Part shown: positions 11,958 through 26,091 of the stretch, in pieces
Layout of the letters: each line of letters starts with the position of its first letter
Numbering within the stretch: the first letter of the stretch is position 1
From: Stylophora pistillata
Lineage: Eukaryota
Reading direction: 5' to 3'
DNA length: 64,000 bases
Assembly (NCBI RefSeq): GCF_002571385.2
Contig: NW_019218103.1
Coordinates: 145,752-209,751 of the forward strand
Position numbers and translations under genes: made by a program
Notes under the pieces: model-generated
Databases searched by the model: none
What the model saw: the letters and a program-made list of their open reading frames with translations, nothing else
What the model was told of the DNA's origin: nothing

Positions 11958-14149
11958 GAATAACTCTCTGTGGAGTACCCTAAAAAAATTGTCAAACGAT
12001 TAGTTTAGTGGAAGTGGGATAAAAATGACAAAAAGGGGAGCAACCTAACCACCACGAGATGTTACCCATAAAATTTCTTTATGCTCTGACCCCACCCCTA
12101 CATGCTTCATAACAAAGTAATGTGTATTTCACAGTTTCAAAGAAAATAAATTAACCAAATCAATAAAATAAGCACTTGGGAACAACATAATTGACAACTA
12201 AACCTCATGTACTCTGTTCTGAAAAGAACCTGTTACCTGATCTCCATGTTCAAGGTCTTCAAATTGGTCTCGAGAGCCACTGTTAATGGTTAGCCCCTCG
12301 TCTGACACTCTTTCACCCTAACATTTTGAGATAAAAGAAATTTTACCTGATGGGGTGATACTAATCAACACCTTGTTCCTCTGAATGCCTTTGGTATGTT
12401 CCTCATGATTGCACCCTTTTCTGGCCACAATCAGGAACCTCAGTTTATTTGCAATTGTACCTACACTAAGCTTAATGACTTTTGAAGTTTGATCTTCACT
12501 GATGTTAAACCTGAAAAAAATATATGACTATTATTACTTCAACAGTGTTTAAACCCACGCCTTAAACTCTTTGATAATGGAGACATAATTTTCTCCACTT
12601 GAAACGGTGGAAATCAGATTTTTTCCATGCCCCATCATCTCACCGGTATGCTAAACACTTGTTTTGCTCCATTCAAATGAGCAAAACCTTATCTGCAGGA
12701 CTCAACTTTGCACATGATGTCGGAAGACATCAACCAGATACCAACCCCCCAATCCATTGAAATATGTTCTGACTTCAAACATCTGCCATATGATAATCAA
12801 AAGTCACTGATCATCAGATATGAAGCAATTGTGTGAATGAATTAGAGGATAGTTATTAAAAACAACTCTTAGGACACAATGAACACTTTCCACAATCAAA
12901 CTTTTTACTCCCCCCGAAATGGAACGTGTCCTGTGGTAAAACTAGTTTCCAGCCACATGTATACCTCTGGATACTCATAAGAAAATAAAAAGGGGGGTTT
13001 ATCAGAAATATTGAGGAGAAATCCCTCGATATACCAGATTCTTAACTTATAGACCTGAAAGGTGATCCCTTCCCCCCCCCCTGTGAATATCACTACCTGC
13101 TTAACCACTGTTGGGAAACACAAGGACTTGCCAACCCCTCCCCCGACCCCTAAGCCTCAGAAGCTGATGAGAGTCTCCCCAGAGTGACCCAACATTGAAA
13201 GGTGTAACCTTTGATATTTCCAAATTACCAAAATTATTTTATTTGAAACTAGGCAAAATAATTCTAAAAACATACTTTCTACTCTTTCCTTAAACATAAA
13301 AAAAACTTTCTACTCTTTCTTGCAACACCTACATGTTAATTCAATAATGAATGGTCAACCCCTTGAACTCCCAGAGGTGATTAACCTTTAACTTCTCTCT
13401 TTAATAATCAAGCATTATCCTGTAGAAGTTGTTATCTTGATCTAGCACCAAATTCTTCTAACTTGTTTACATGGAAATGTGTCACAGGCACACTGAGGGG
13501 AGAATGAACAATCAGATCTTGGGAGTTAAACGGTTGACTCACCTGTAAAGTACTTTTTATTAGCTGCTTTCTTCTAAGATGGGATACTGAGGAATGTGAT
13601 TTCGTTAATAAATGGGACAGTTAGGCGTTTTCTAATTTTAATCGGACGCATACTTACTTTTAGAGGATCGCAGCATCCCTTTATTTCTGAACTTCAAGGT
13701 GCAGTTGCCGCATTGCGGCGCTTAGGTGCATGTACTTTCCACTCGCAGCAGGAAAAGTCTGTTTGGACAGCTTTTTCGTTTTCCTCAACCCAAAGGAATC
13801 GTAGCCTCATTTTCTCCGCCAGTCTCAATCACACTGTCGCCATCACTGGCTGTAGCACTGAAGGTCGATGCTGCAAGGTCATCACAATAAGTATCAGAAG
13901 GTGAAGCTGGTTTGCTTTCCAAATCCAAAGGATTGAATCGTGGTCTCAGCATCGACACGACTGATCGTAGCTTTGACGCTGCGGGACAACAACTCCCACG
14001 GTGCATTGTCAGGGAAACATAAACAAGACGTAAGCAAATATTCGCCTTAACTCAACTCAAACATATTTGTATTTAAAGATTCGTACAGTGTACAGGCGAC
14101 AGAACAATAGCCGCCGTAGTTTCCTACTAGGATCATCCGCTTAAATCAA

Positions 14150-14378
14150 CCCCAACCCACCCATCCATCACACAGTAATAGTACGTGGGAAATTAACGTC
14201 TCCTACCCCTAACCCTATTCGTCCGAAACCGAGAAGACATTTCTTGATGTAATAGAAAGGTAGCATATTCTTCTCAATCATTTAAAGACCTTGGGTATTG
14301 GTCCGGCTGGGGCTCGAACCCTCGACCTCCCACACAACAGTCCAGCGCTCTATCCATTGAGCTAATCGGGAGGCGGCG
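14150..14378 (-). mobile_element. tRNA-derived SINE
   Basis: Minus strand reads TAGCTCAATGGATAGAGCG (A box) and GGTTCGAGCCC (B box), followed by a SINE-like body. Confidence 0.7.
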
Positions 14379-17300
14379 GTTACATGTGTCAATATTGTGT
14401 AAATTAAGCGCCCCGCTCTTGTGATTGGCTCTTGGTTGGGCGGAGAAAGTTAGCTAAATTCCTGCTTTGGGTGGAACTCGCCCGTAGACGCCTTGCCTCT
14501 CTGACTGCTTTTGTCTGCTCGAATTCGAATCCATTGAGACAAGATGGACACCCTAAAAACTCTGATTCTTCTTGTGCTGGTAACTGGGACTATTCAAATA
14601 GCAGTCTCTGGTAAATGATGAGAATTGTACCTTAATTGTTTATGATGATTGAGTTATAGGATCCATGGCTTTGATTATCAAAGTAGTGCCCAGCATGATG
14701 GGACAAATACGATTTACAGCTAGTTTCGCGTGAAATGAGACCATGCTTTCAAGAGGCTTCCCTCTTCTGAAGATCCTATTAGAAGCAATGGGCCGTTGCG
14801 GCTAAGAAATGATATTGGAATCCGCTTTGAAATGAAACGAAGAGTCTCAAACGCTCCAACTAACGTATATTTCTGTTTTACTTCCCAATTCCCTTTGCAT
14901 AGGGAGAAAGAAACATTGCAGCTGTTACCGCTTACCCAACATTGCTACAATTGGAAGTGGTAAATTTATTTGATTGTAACTATCATACAGAATTAACGGT
15001 CGTGTGTTTCATCTCTATGACGAGTTTATCTTTGATTTATTTGGAAATGAAGAGTCAAGAAGTATTACGCAGATGCCAATCCTTGTTTAACACAAATGTC
15101 CTGACTTCAATATGAATTAACTCATTTAATCAAATATGAGGGCAGTTAACTTAATATTCCTTTACATTTACAACGGTGAATTACAGAATCTGTTCTTTTC
15201 ATCGAATTCAAGTTTTCTTCAACTCAATATTCTTTTGCATCTATAACGGTGACTTACAGAATAGTGCATATTCTGTTATTTTCATCGAATTTTAGGTCGA
15301 GCAGATACAAAGTGATTACGTAGGTTTGCTCGATTTTTGACACCTAAATACTTTTCATATGAAGTATAATGGTTTGTCTAACAATCTTAAGGCAACGACC
15401 ATATTTTTATATATAAGAACGTGGCTTCACCACGGTAGCAAACCGTAACAATTTTCATGTTATTGACCTCAATAATTTTCAAGATGTCCGGCATACCATT
15501 TGCCTTTCTACAAACACAAAGCGAAATGGCTGCAAGAGGTCAAAGTTATCACTTCCTTGCGTGTTCTTTAGTTGGCTTTTAGGGGAAAATGGAGAGCATC
15601 AACAAAGAAAAACGACTTTTTTAAATCAACTAACGCTTGAAAGGCAAACTCTTACGTTTTTCGAAAGTCTCAAGGCATCGATCGGTTAACTCCTCAGCTC
15701 AGCATGCGAACTAACTGGGAATGTCAAGCAAAATGCGCTTTTGTCTTGCAGAGGAAGATTAGAGAAATTCGCAGAGTTTATAAACACGTGCGTATAGCCA
15801 TGTTCATATTCATTAGATCCATTGTCTGCCACGTTTTCGTTTCCAGGATTACAAGGGGTTCCAATCGAGAGTTGTCCGTGGTATTGTCGCGTGATTATCG
15901 CTGTTAGGTAACGGTGTGTTTCCCACCTTTTCAACTGGACAAAATTGATCAAAAAGCAACGTGGAACAGGCTCTTTTCACCTCGCATTTTTTGGGATAGT
16001 CTTCTTTGTGGAATTAAATATGTTATTTGGACCGAGAAAAAAATTGAACTTGCGTCAGGAATTGTTCTCCTCTTTGCTAGTGCCGAACGGCAAGGAATAC
16101 CAATGTTAATCGGGTAATTTTTGATTGCATGCAAGATGATTCACTTTGGCTACAAACCAAGTGCTCAATTTCCAATCGACTTGAAACTTGAAAACCACCA
16201 TCTCATCCCTTTAGACGGCATTGCGCAACATTAAAGCTCACTATGAGACAGCCACGTTGAAAGAATTCATTTTGTTCGGAATTTTTCTATTTACGCAATC
16301 GACATTCATGACTCAGTTTATTTAGGAGCTCTTTTAGCAGTACAAAGATGTGCACTAAAGTTACGTATTTGAAATAATTTGGAACGTCTCGTCTCGTCCT
16401 TGTAATACTGCATAGCACAGACATTGAAAACAGAATGGCGTTCTGTTGGTTGGACGGTAATTTTCTAGAGTTTCGAAACCGCTCAAAAATACTTTGCCCT
16501 ACAGCCATCCCACGAAGCCCGAACAGAAAATTGAAAGATTGAAACGCCTCGTTTGAAGCACGTCTTATAATGTTATATGAAAAAGACATTGAAAACAAAA
16601 TGGCGCATTGTAACGATGCATCATGCTTCTTTAGCCATAAGGCACTGATGTCAACTATCAAAATCAGCAAATGAAATAAGTTTAAACAAGGAGTCATCTC
16701 TTTCATCAACCACACATCCCTTTTAATAAATCAACCAGACTGGGGAATGATACGAACACGAAAACTTAGAAATCAGTATATGCGTGAATAATCAAGGTAC
16801 CCTCTAGCAAATGCTGAGAAATCCTCGCTCTACAGTTTGTTACATCCAGTTGCCGCGAGCTTTCATTAAGCGTTTTTCAAGAAAGGGCATTTTATTTACG
16901 TTTTTATGAAAAACTCTTCTGTCTCTTGTGTCATCCCTCGTTCTCAAAGATTGCAGATAATGTGGACCTCGATGGCCCTTTATTCAATCTTTAGTTCATC
17001 CGAGAATTTCACTTCAATAATCCCTTAAAATACTCTATTGTGTCTTCTGTCATCTCTCGTTCTCAAAGATTGCAGACATGCGGACCTCGATGGGCCTTTA
17101 TTCAATCTGCAGTTCATCAAGGAATTTCATATCGAGAAAACCTTGTTCTGCACCTCATTATACAACTGATTACCGCGAGGTATTGTTAAGAGTCCTAACA
17201 GATAGAAAAGAGTCAACAAGAACAAAGGTAAAAAAGTTGCCCTGTATTAAATCTGTAGTTCATCCGAGATTTTCGTGTACTTAGAACCAGTTCAAACTAA

Positions 17301-20236
17301 GTCACACTATAATATTAAAATTTAAGTGCTACCGATGCCAATTTCAACAAAACATTACCGATAAACTTATCTTACGATTCGCCTTGCATTATTTACGAAG
17401 CCCTCATTTTTTGGAAAAACATATATACAGAAAGACAAAGGAGCTTAAACTCAATGAAATGGATAGGAATCGATTTAAAAACCGCTCCGAAAACAAAGAA
17501 ACGCACAACTGAAGCAAGAGTAGAGAAGAAGACTGTACTTTTGTGGTGAACAGTAAGCCTGCAGTAGGACCATGATATTTACTTCTTCTCACTTATCTTT
17601 CTTTTATCCCTACCCATGAGGTTAAAACTTAATTTTTTAGCAGAGACTTATTTTCATCCAGGTTGCCAGTGCACGTTGAAATATCTTCTTGTAAGCACGT
17701 CTTATGATGTTCTACGAAACAGACACTGCAAACAAAAAAAGTGGCGCATTACAACGATGCATCATGGTTCTTAAGACATAACGCACTGGTCTCAACTATC
17801 ATGCGAAATCGGCAAATGAGATGGGCTTAAACAAAGAGTCATGTCTTTTATCAACCTTTTTTCTTTATATTTTTTTTTAATAAACCAACTAGACTTTGGC
17901 GTAGTGATAGGAACGCATAAGTTTGGGAATCAGCAGACTCGTGAATAATCCTGATACATTCAATCAAACATCGAGAAATCCTCAGTTTGTTCTGCAGCTT
18001 GTTACATCTAATTACCCTGAGGTTTTATGAAGAGTTTTTTGAAAAAAAGGTAAACAACGGATGTCTTGCTATACAAACTAGAATTTAACTATAAAATGCA
18101 GGACCACGTATTTCATTTTTATGAAACACACTACTGTCTGTTGTAGCATCCCTCGTTCTCAAAGATTGCAGACATGTGAACCACGATGGTCCTTTATTCA
18201 ATCTGTAGTTAATCCGAGAATTTTCCGCTCTGAACCTCATTACAACCAATTACCACGAACTATTATTAAGAGTTCTAACAGAAAAGGATCATAAGAAACA
18301 AAGGTAAAGAAGTTGTTTTGAACCTTAAACTAGAATAGTTCTCTAGACATACGGCACGGGTGTCACTGAACTGAAATTCGAAATCGGCGAATGATATGGG
18401 TTAAAACAAATTGAAATGGATAGGAATTGACTTAAAAACCACTCCGAAAACAAAGAAACGCACAACGGAAGCGAGACTAAAGAAAAAGTCAGGTACTTTT
18501 GTGATGAACACTAAGTCTGCAGTACAACCATGATATTTACTTCTTCTTACTTAACTTTCTATATTTATTCCCATGCACAAGGTTGAAATCTTGAGTTTCT
18601 AACAGAGACTTATTCTTATTCAGGTTGCTCATGCACGTTGATTGCCTTCTTTTAAGCACGTCTTATAATACTACATGAAACGGTGACATTGCAGCAAAAT
18701 GGCACATTGCAGTGATGCATCATGATTCTTTAGACATTAGGCACTGGTATTAACTACCATGTGAAATCGGCGAATGAGATGGGTTTAATCAAGGTGTCAT
18801 CTCCATTATCAAGATTTTCTCTTTCTGTTCTTTGAAACAAATCTACTAGACCTTTAAGAAATGAAAGGAATACGAAAATTCAGACTATTCACAGACTTGT
18901 GAACAATCCTCGTACATCCAAGAGTGCATGATTCTTAACGGAGGTAAAAATGTTTTCTTATATTACAGACTAGAATAAAATTATAGTGTCATTCCTCGTT
19001 CTCAAAGAATTTAGATAATGTGGACCACGATGGCCTTCTAATAGATTATCCGAGAATATTATGTACCTATAACTAGTTTAAGCTAAGTCATATTCTATTA
19101 CTGCAGAGTTCGCAAGAAATCTTAGTTCCTACCAGAGGCTAATTCTCACTGAGGTTGTTCGTACAGGTTTAAATTATGCAAGAAATAACAAACACGAAAA
19201 CATAGCATGAGCTCGAACGCCAGAGATGTAAACTTACGAATTCTGGATAGCTCCTTGCTCAGCCAAAAAAAAATTGTAACACCACCCAGACTCATTTCTT
19301 TCAACAAGTGAGCATTTTTAATATCAAACGTTGATAATTCCTTTTGAAAGCAAGCTTACTAAACAAGTTCAGCCGCCAAGGATTCACAGAAATTCTCTTC
19401 TCTCTAATCCTGAAACAGATCAAAACAAAACACTTTGAGTAGTTATTTAACCTGATGTACAATGTCTTGTGATGTGTGGTGTGTGGTGTGCCTAATTCTA
19501 CATTAGTTTAGCTTGTTTTTTACCTTTTTGATCGGTTTAGGAAGTCGGTAATTTCAGCCAAGAATTTTACAGCTTTTAAAGTAAAGCTCTTAAGCTAGGA
19601 GGTAAACACTTTGCCTTTAGCTGAACCAGGACATTTACTAAGTATACACAAGTTACTTTCTGTGCCTCTACACATACACGAGGTCGAATTTTTTATTTCT
19701 TTTCCGGAGACTATTCCTCACTTAGGTTCCTCGTGCATGTTGAACCTATGCAAGAAAACACAGACTCGAAAACTTACCATTAGCTCTAAAGCGCACAGAT
19801 GCATTCTCATGAAGGCTTACGCATATCTTGGATTACGCTTTCTTTAGCCAAAATTAACATTGTAACAGTACCTAGATCGATTTGTGTTCAGAGACTGAGA
19901 ACGATGCATTCACCTTTTCAGCAAGCGAGCAACTCATAAATAATCATTTCCACTAAGAAGTGTATTAAATTCTGACCCGATTTATATCTGAAATACGTCT
20001 GTCTAAAGGTTGTATCTCCGCTAATTTTCCCGATATCTGCACTCAGATTGAACCTAATTACACTGACAAAGAGCTGAAAAAAACTGCTATGAAACAGTCC
20101 ATTTACTTCTCTATGATTTTATTTCTACCCATGCACGAGGTTAAAATCTCAAATTTCTAGCAGAGTATCGTTCATATCGAGGTTGTTCGTGCACGTTAAA
20201 ATATCTTGTTTAAAGCGCGTCTTATAATTATGATAC

Positions 20237-20632
20237 ATAGATGATAGATAGATGATAGATAGATCGTTTATTGAATAATACTTTGCCGTCGTAAAACTGA
20301 ATTGCGTATTTTACAGATAACATTGGTTAAAATACAGAGCTAAATACAATCATATAAATGTAGAAGCTTAATATAATAAATCTAGAATATGTATGAATAT
20401 CTAAGATTAAAGTCGACTTTCTTTGAAGCTTTAGGAGCTATTGTGCGCACCCTGGAACATAGCATAAAAGAAAGAGCGTCGAAAACGTTCTGTGTGAGAA
20501 CGTGGCAAATTATATATCTCTTGACGCCTTAAATTATAACTAGATATTTTCCTTGATGGCAGAAGATGGCACAACTTATGTTCGGGATTGTTAGCGATGG
20601 AATTGAAAAAATGAAAACAGAGTTCTATGCGA
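20237..20632 (-). mobile_element. Short 3' end of a non-LTR retrotransposon
   Basis: HKLCHLLP..YNLRR..PRSHTERFRRSF C-terminus, AATAAA and a (TATC)n tail. It interrupts an array unit. Confidence 0.8.
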
Positions 20633-23600
20633 TTCGATGCTACAAGAGACCGGCACACTGCAAACAAAATTGCGCATTGCGAGGATGCATCGTGGTTCTT
20701 TAAACATTGGGTACAGAGATGAACTATCATGCGAAATCGGCAAGAGAAATGGGTTTAAACAAGGAGTTGTTTCTTTTATCAACCTTTTTCCTTTCTATTC
20801 CCTTCAATAAATCAACTAGGCTTTGGCGTAATGATAGGAACGCAAAAATTTGGGAATCAGCAGACTTTTGAATAATCCAGGTACTTTCAAGCAAATGTCT
20901 AGAAATCCTTGCTCTTCAGTTTGTTACATTCAATTAGCACGAGCTTTTATTGTTTTTTTAGGCAACTAATAAAGATGTCTTGTGGTACATACTAGAATAG
21001 AACAATAGAATGCAGAGCCACTTATTTCCATTTTTTATGAAACACACTAGTGTCTCTTATGTCATTCCTCTTTCCCAAAGATTGCAGATAATGTGGACCT
21101 CGATGGCCCTTTTTACAATATGTGGTTTATCCGAGAACTTTTTGTCGAGAAATCCTTGAATCACACCACTTTCTCTTCTGTCATCCCTCGTTCTCAAAGA
21201 CTGCAGATAATATGGACTTCGATGGCCCTTTGTTCAATCTTTAGCTCATCCGAAAACTTAATTTCGAGAAACCCTTAAACCACTCTATTGTCTCTTGTGT
21301 CATCCCTCGTTTCTGAAAGATTGCAGATATTATGGACCTTGATGGCACTGTATTCAATCTGTAGTTCATCCCAGAAATTTATACACCAATAACTTGGTGA
21401 GGCGAAGTCACACTCTTATTCTAAATTCTCAGTGCTACTGGTCTTAACTTCAAGGAAACACTCTTATAAATTAATATTTTAACTTACCTTCTCGTTAAAT
21501 ACAGAGTCCTCATTTTTTGGGAAAAACATATATATATAGAAAGACAGAAGAGCTAAACACCTATGAAATGGATAGCATTCGATTTAAAAACCAATCCGAA
21601 AACAAAGGAGCGAAACTAGAGAAGAAGACTGTACTTTTGCGGTGAACACTAAGCCTGCAGCAGAACCATGATATTTACTTCTTCTCACTCGTCTTTCTTT
21701 GTCTCTAGATGCACGAGGTTGAAATCTTAAACTACTACCAGACACTTATTCTTATTCAGGTTGCTCGTGCGGGTTGAAAGATCTTGTTTTGAGCACGTCT
21801 TAAAATGCTACATCAAACGGACACACTGCAAACAAAATGGTGCATAAAAACGATGCAATATGGTTTTTTAGACATAAGGCACTGGTATCTATTATCTTGC
21901 AAAATCGGCGGATGAGATAGGTTTAAAGCAGGAGTCATCCCTTTTACCAAGCTTTTTTCTTTTTGTTCCTTTCAATAAATCAACCAGACTTTTGGCGTAA
22001 TGATTGAGGAAAACGAGAATTTGGGAGTCAGCAGACTCTTGAATTATCTAAGTACATTAAAGCAAATGTCAAGAAATCCTTATTCTGCAGCTCGTTCCAT
22101 CCAATTACCACGAGCTTTTATCAAGAGTTTTTCAAGAAAAGTAAAGAAGATGTCTTGTGATGCAAACTAGAATAAAACTATAGAAAGCAGGGCCACTTAC
22201 TTACATCTTTATGGAACACACCAGTGTCTCTTATGTCATCCTTTGCTTTCAAAGATTGAAGATAGTTTGAACCTCGATGGTGGCCCTTTATTCACTCTCA
22301 GCTCATCCGAGAATTTTATGCACTTATAACTAGTTTGAGCTACACTTTCATACTGAAATTCAAGTGCTACTGAAATCACCTCAACAAGTGACTACTACTG
22401 ATCTTAAACGTAAATATATCCCGGCTTCTTGAAAACAAGCTTATTAAAGAAGCTAGGAGGTAAACGCTTTGCCTCTGGTTTATCCAGGATATTTTCTTAG
22501 TCATTTTAAGACACTTTCTATGCCTATACACATGCACGAGGTCGAGTTCTCGATTTGATTTTTTATGATTATTTCTCACTCAGGTTCCTTGTGCACGCTG
22601 AACCTCTGCAAGAAAAAACAAACTCCACAACTTACTATTAGCTCGAACGCGCACAGATGCATTCTGATGTAAGTTTACGCATCTTGGATTAGGGTTTCTT
22701 TAGCCAAAATTAACATAGCAACCTTACCTAAATTGATTTGTGTTCAGACACTGATGACGATGCAATTAACATTTTTTCAAGCGAGAAATATCACAAACAT
22801 GAATAGAGCCTTGTTGAAAGCGACCTCAATGAGGAAATTCAGGAGTCAATGGCACACAGTACCCTCAATCTCTCAAATCCCATAAGAAATCAAGATAAAA
22901 CAGTTTATTACCCTGGTACACGGTGTGTATTATGAGGTACGATACATAATTCCGATTTGTTTTGAGTTTTTTTAGCTCCCTCATCGCGTTAGGGGCATTG
23001 GTCATTTCCACCAAGACGTGTACTACATTCTGACTTCTAAATACGTCTGTGTGGTAGTTTCTGCCAACAGCTGGTATCTCAGCTAATTCTCCCAATGTCT
23101 GCACCCACATTGAATCAAGTTACGCGACAAAGAGCTGAGAAAAACTGCAATGAAAGAATACATTTAATATCTTCGACTTTATCTCTACTTATGTACGAGG
23201 TTGAAATCTTAATTTTCTAGCAGAGACCTATACACATTTTGGTTGCTCGTGCGCGTTGAAATATCTTGTTTAAAGCACGTCCTAAAATTATGATGCTACA
23301 AGAGACGGACACACTGCAAACAAAATGGCGCATTGCAACGATGCATTATGGTTCTTTAACATAAGGCGCTGGTGTTAACTATCACTGATGCGAAATCGGC
23401 AAGTGGTTTCAACAAGAAGTAATCTCTTTAATCAACCTTTTTTTATTTTATTCCTTTTAATAAATTAAACTAGACTTAAACGTAATGATAGGAACACAAA
23501 AACTTGGGAATCAGCACAATTATAAATAATTAAGATACCTTCAAACAAATGTCAAGGATTACCACAAGCTTTTCCTACGAGTTTTTCGAGGAAGGTAAAA

Positions 23601-24102
23601 AGATGTCTTGCAATACAAAACTAATATAAAGCTATAAAATGCAAGGCCACATATTTATATTATTATGAAACACACTACTGTCTCTTGTGTCGTTCTTTCT
23701 CAAAGATAGCTTAGCTTTCTTTCTCAAAGATAGCTGAGAATGTGGACCTCAGTGACACTAATCAATCGGTAGCTCATCCGAGATTTCCATGCACTTTTAA
23801 CTAGTTCAAGCCAAGTCACACACTATTACCAAAATTTAATTGCTACTAATCCTAGCAACAACAAAAGTGTAGCGATACTAAACCGATATTAACGATTTAC
23901 CTTCTCGTTATTTACGAAGTTCTTATTCTTGGGAAACCCTCATATACAGAAAGACAAAGGAGGCAAGAACCAATAAAATGGATAGCAACTGAATCTGCTT
24001 AAAAACCACTCCGAAAACAAAGAAACGCACAACTAAAGCGAGACTAGAGAAGAAGTCTCTACTTTTGTGGTGAACGCCAAGCTTGCAGTAGAACCATGAT
24101 AT

Positions 24103-24472
24103 CAGGGACCTTAAGCAGTCAGGACGGCAACGCCAAGGAAGACGCCGATTAAAAAATGAATTTCAACTTTTAATTAGAATTTCGAATATGGCTGCATGCG
24201 TTTTCCATTTCATACGGCGCCACAACTCAACCTCAACATAACGTCTAAAAATAGTGTTGAGTTACAAATGGAAATTGAAATAATTTGCCGTTGCGGTTTC
24301 GTTTCGCAGACGACGCAAATTTTGCTGATTTCACGTTATCGTTTTGCAAAGGACGGCTGAGAAATGTACTAAGTTTTAAAATGCACGTGCTGAGCTATTG
24401 TTCTGCTAATTAGATCTTTTATTTTTCCAAGTTCTCGTTGCCGTCGCCGTCGTGGTTTGCTTGAGGTCCCTA
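24103..24472. mobile_element. MITE with AGGGACCTTAAGCA-type TIRs (Academ-like TAG..CTA ends)
   Basis: cagggaccttaagca...tgcttgaggtcccta; same family as 34785-35153. Confidence 0.8.
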
Positions 24473-24916
24473 TTTCTTCTCACTTACCTTTGTTTATCTC
24501 TACCCATGTCCGAGGTTGAAATCTTAATTTTTTTACCAGAGACTTAGTCTTATTCAGGTTGCTCGTGCCGGTTGAAATATCCGTCATCTCTTTTATCAAC
24601 CTTTTTTCTTTGTAATTCTTTCGATAAATCCACTAGCCTTTGGCTAAATGATAGAAACTTGAAAATTTGGGAATCAGCTGACTCGTGAATAGGTACATAC
24701 ATTCAAGCAAATGTCGAGAAAATCCTTGTTCTGCAGCTCATTACATCCAAGTACCACGAACTTTTCTTATGAGTTTTCTGGGAAAGGAAAAAAATTGTAG
24801 TTTATCCGAGCATTTCATGCACTTATGCACCAGTTCAAGCTAAGTCACACTCTAATAATGAAATTTAGGCGCTCCTGGTCTTAACACAGTACAACAAGAC
24901 AGTACATGTGATATAC

Positions 24917-25541
24917 GGGGCTCACTGTAATTTGAGGAACGAAACGGAACGACGAAATGAAAATCTGCAATTCGCGAAACAGCATCTGTAAAAAAATCGT
25001 TAACATACCTGAACCCCAAGGAAATCAAAGAGTTCGGGTCATTCCATTTCCCCAACAAACGTGATATTTTATCTAGAAACATTATGGTGCGACATTTTCT
25101 ACGTGAATTCTCGGTCGGGAAAATGTCATGTCACGCATTCAAATTATTCATCGACATCGTACACTGTTTACACTGTATTATGTACTACGCTTTCGCTAGT
25201 TATTGTAATTATGATTTGTTGGGCTGCTTTTGCAATCCGCCCTTGTAGTGAACTGACCGATTCATTCTCCCAGCCTGTGAAATCTTCCGCTGAGATTCTC
25301 GTTTAGGAAATTGGAGAATTACAGATTTCAATTTATTTTGCAAATCATTAACCGATTTCTATTTCGCAAATTTACGGATTCCTATTTCGCAAATTACAGA
25401 TTTCTATGTCACAAATCATTAAAAGATTTCTATTTTGCAAATTAAAGATTCCACTTAGGAAATATTAACAGATTTCTATTTCGCAAATTACTGATTTTTA
25501 TTTCGTTGGGTTTCGTTTCGTTTCGCAAATTACACCAAGCT
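24917..25541. mobile_element. MITE with imperfect TIRs and an internal ~22-bp tandem repeat
   Basis: gggctcactgtaatttgaggaacgaaacg...cgtttcgtttcgcaaattacaccaagc. ttacagatttctatttcgcaaa repeats at 25319-25535. Confidence 0.65.
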
Positions 25542-26091
25542 ATTTACGTAGCTCATTTGTTTTGGGAAAACACACTTAAACGAAAAGCGAATAAACTGAA
25601 ATGTAACTACATTGCTATAAATCGAATCAAAACCCACACCGTAGACAAATCATTCGAGGTTTCTCGTACACGCTTGTACGTCTCATTTTAAGCACATTTG
25701 ATATTGCTACATGAAACAGATACTTGAAACAAAATGGCGCATTGCAACGATAAAATCAGTGGAGGAAATGGGCCTAAACAAGGAGTCATTTCTTTCCTCA
25801 ACCTCTTTTCTTTCTATTCCTTTTAATTTAGCACACTGACAGGAACACGATTTTAAACTGGCATTCAAGTCACTTTTAAAATCAAAAGCTGTCAAAGTGC
25901 AGCACACCTGCATATTTAGTATAAGACATGATGTTTATCGATATTTTTTTAATAACAAAGGAATATTATCAAGGGACTCTAAATACACCATGCTCAGCAT
26001 AGAGGATTTTAACAAGTTGTCCCTATCTTATTATTGGTGGTATATTTTGGATGCTCATAGCCAGGAAAAGGCTGTTGATTTCTCTTTAAAG

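Larger units (their letters stand above)
7748..14006 (-). pseudogene. Decayed spliced PIF/Harbinger-ISL2EU-type transposase (HTH_Tnp_4 + DDE_Tnp_4), about 5 exons
   Basis: Exon remnants: ~14006-13543 (..KKYFTG), ~12790-12645 (LSPADKVLLI..LAYR), ~12510-12238 (FNISE..LISITPSGKISFISKC*GERVSD..LEHGDQ), ~8434-8291 (AD..FLIKDEL..LVIPAFIKGK.QL..EV.TSRKIANVRIH), 7885-7748 (VEHVISQMKKFHIL..VALVNLLPPLVW*). Splice signals are mostly GT/AG. Stops and frameshifts are present. Confidence 0.8.

Noticed and set aside
14395-14460. CCAAT/GC-box promoter
   Set aside because: gattgg and gggcgg motifs are present, but no downstream gene could be supported and such short motifs occur by chance.
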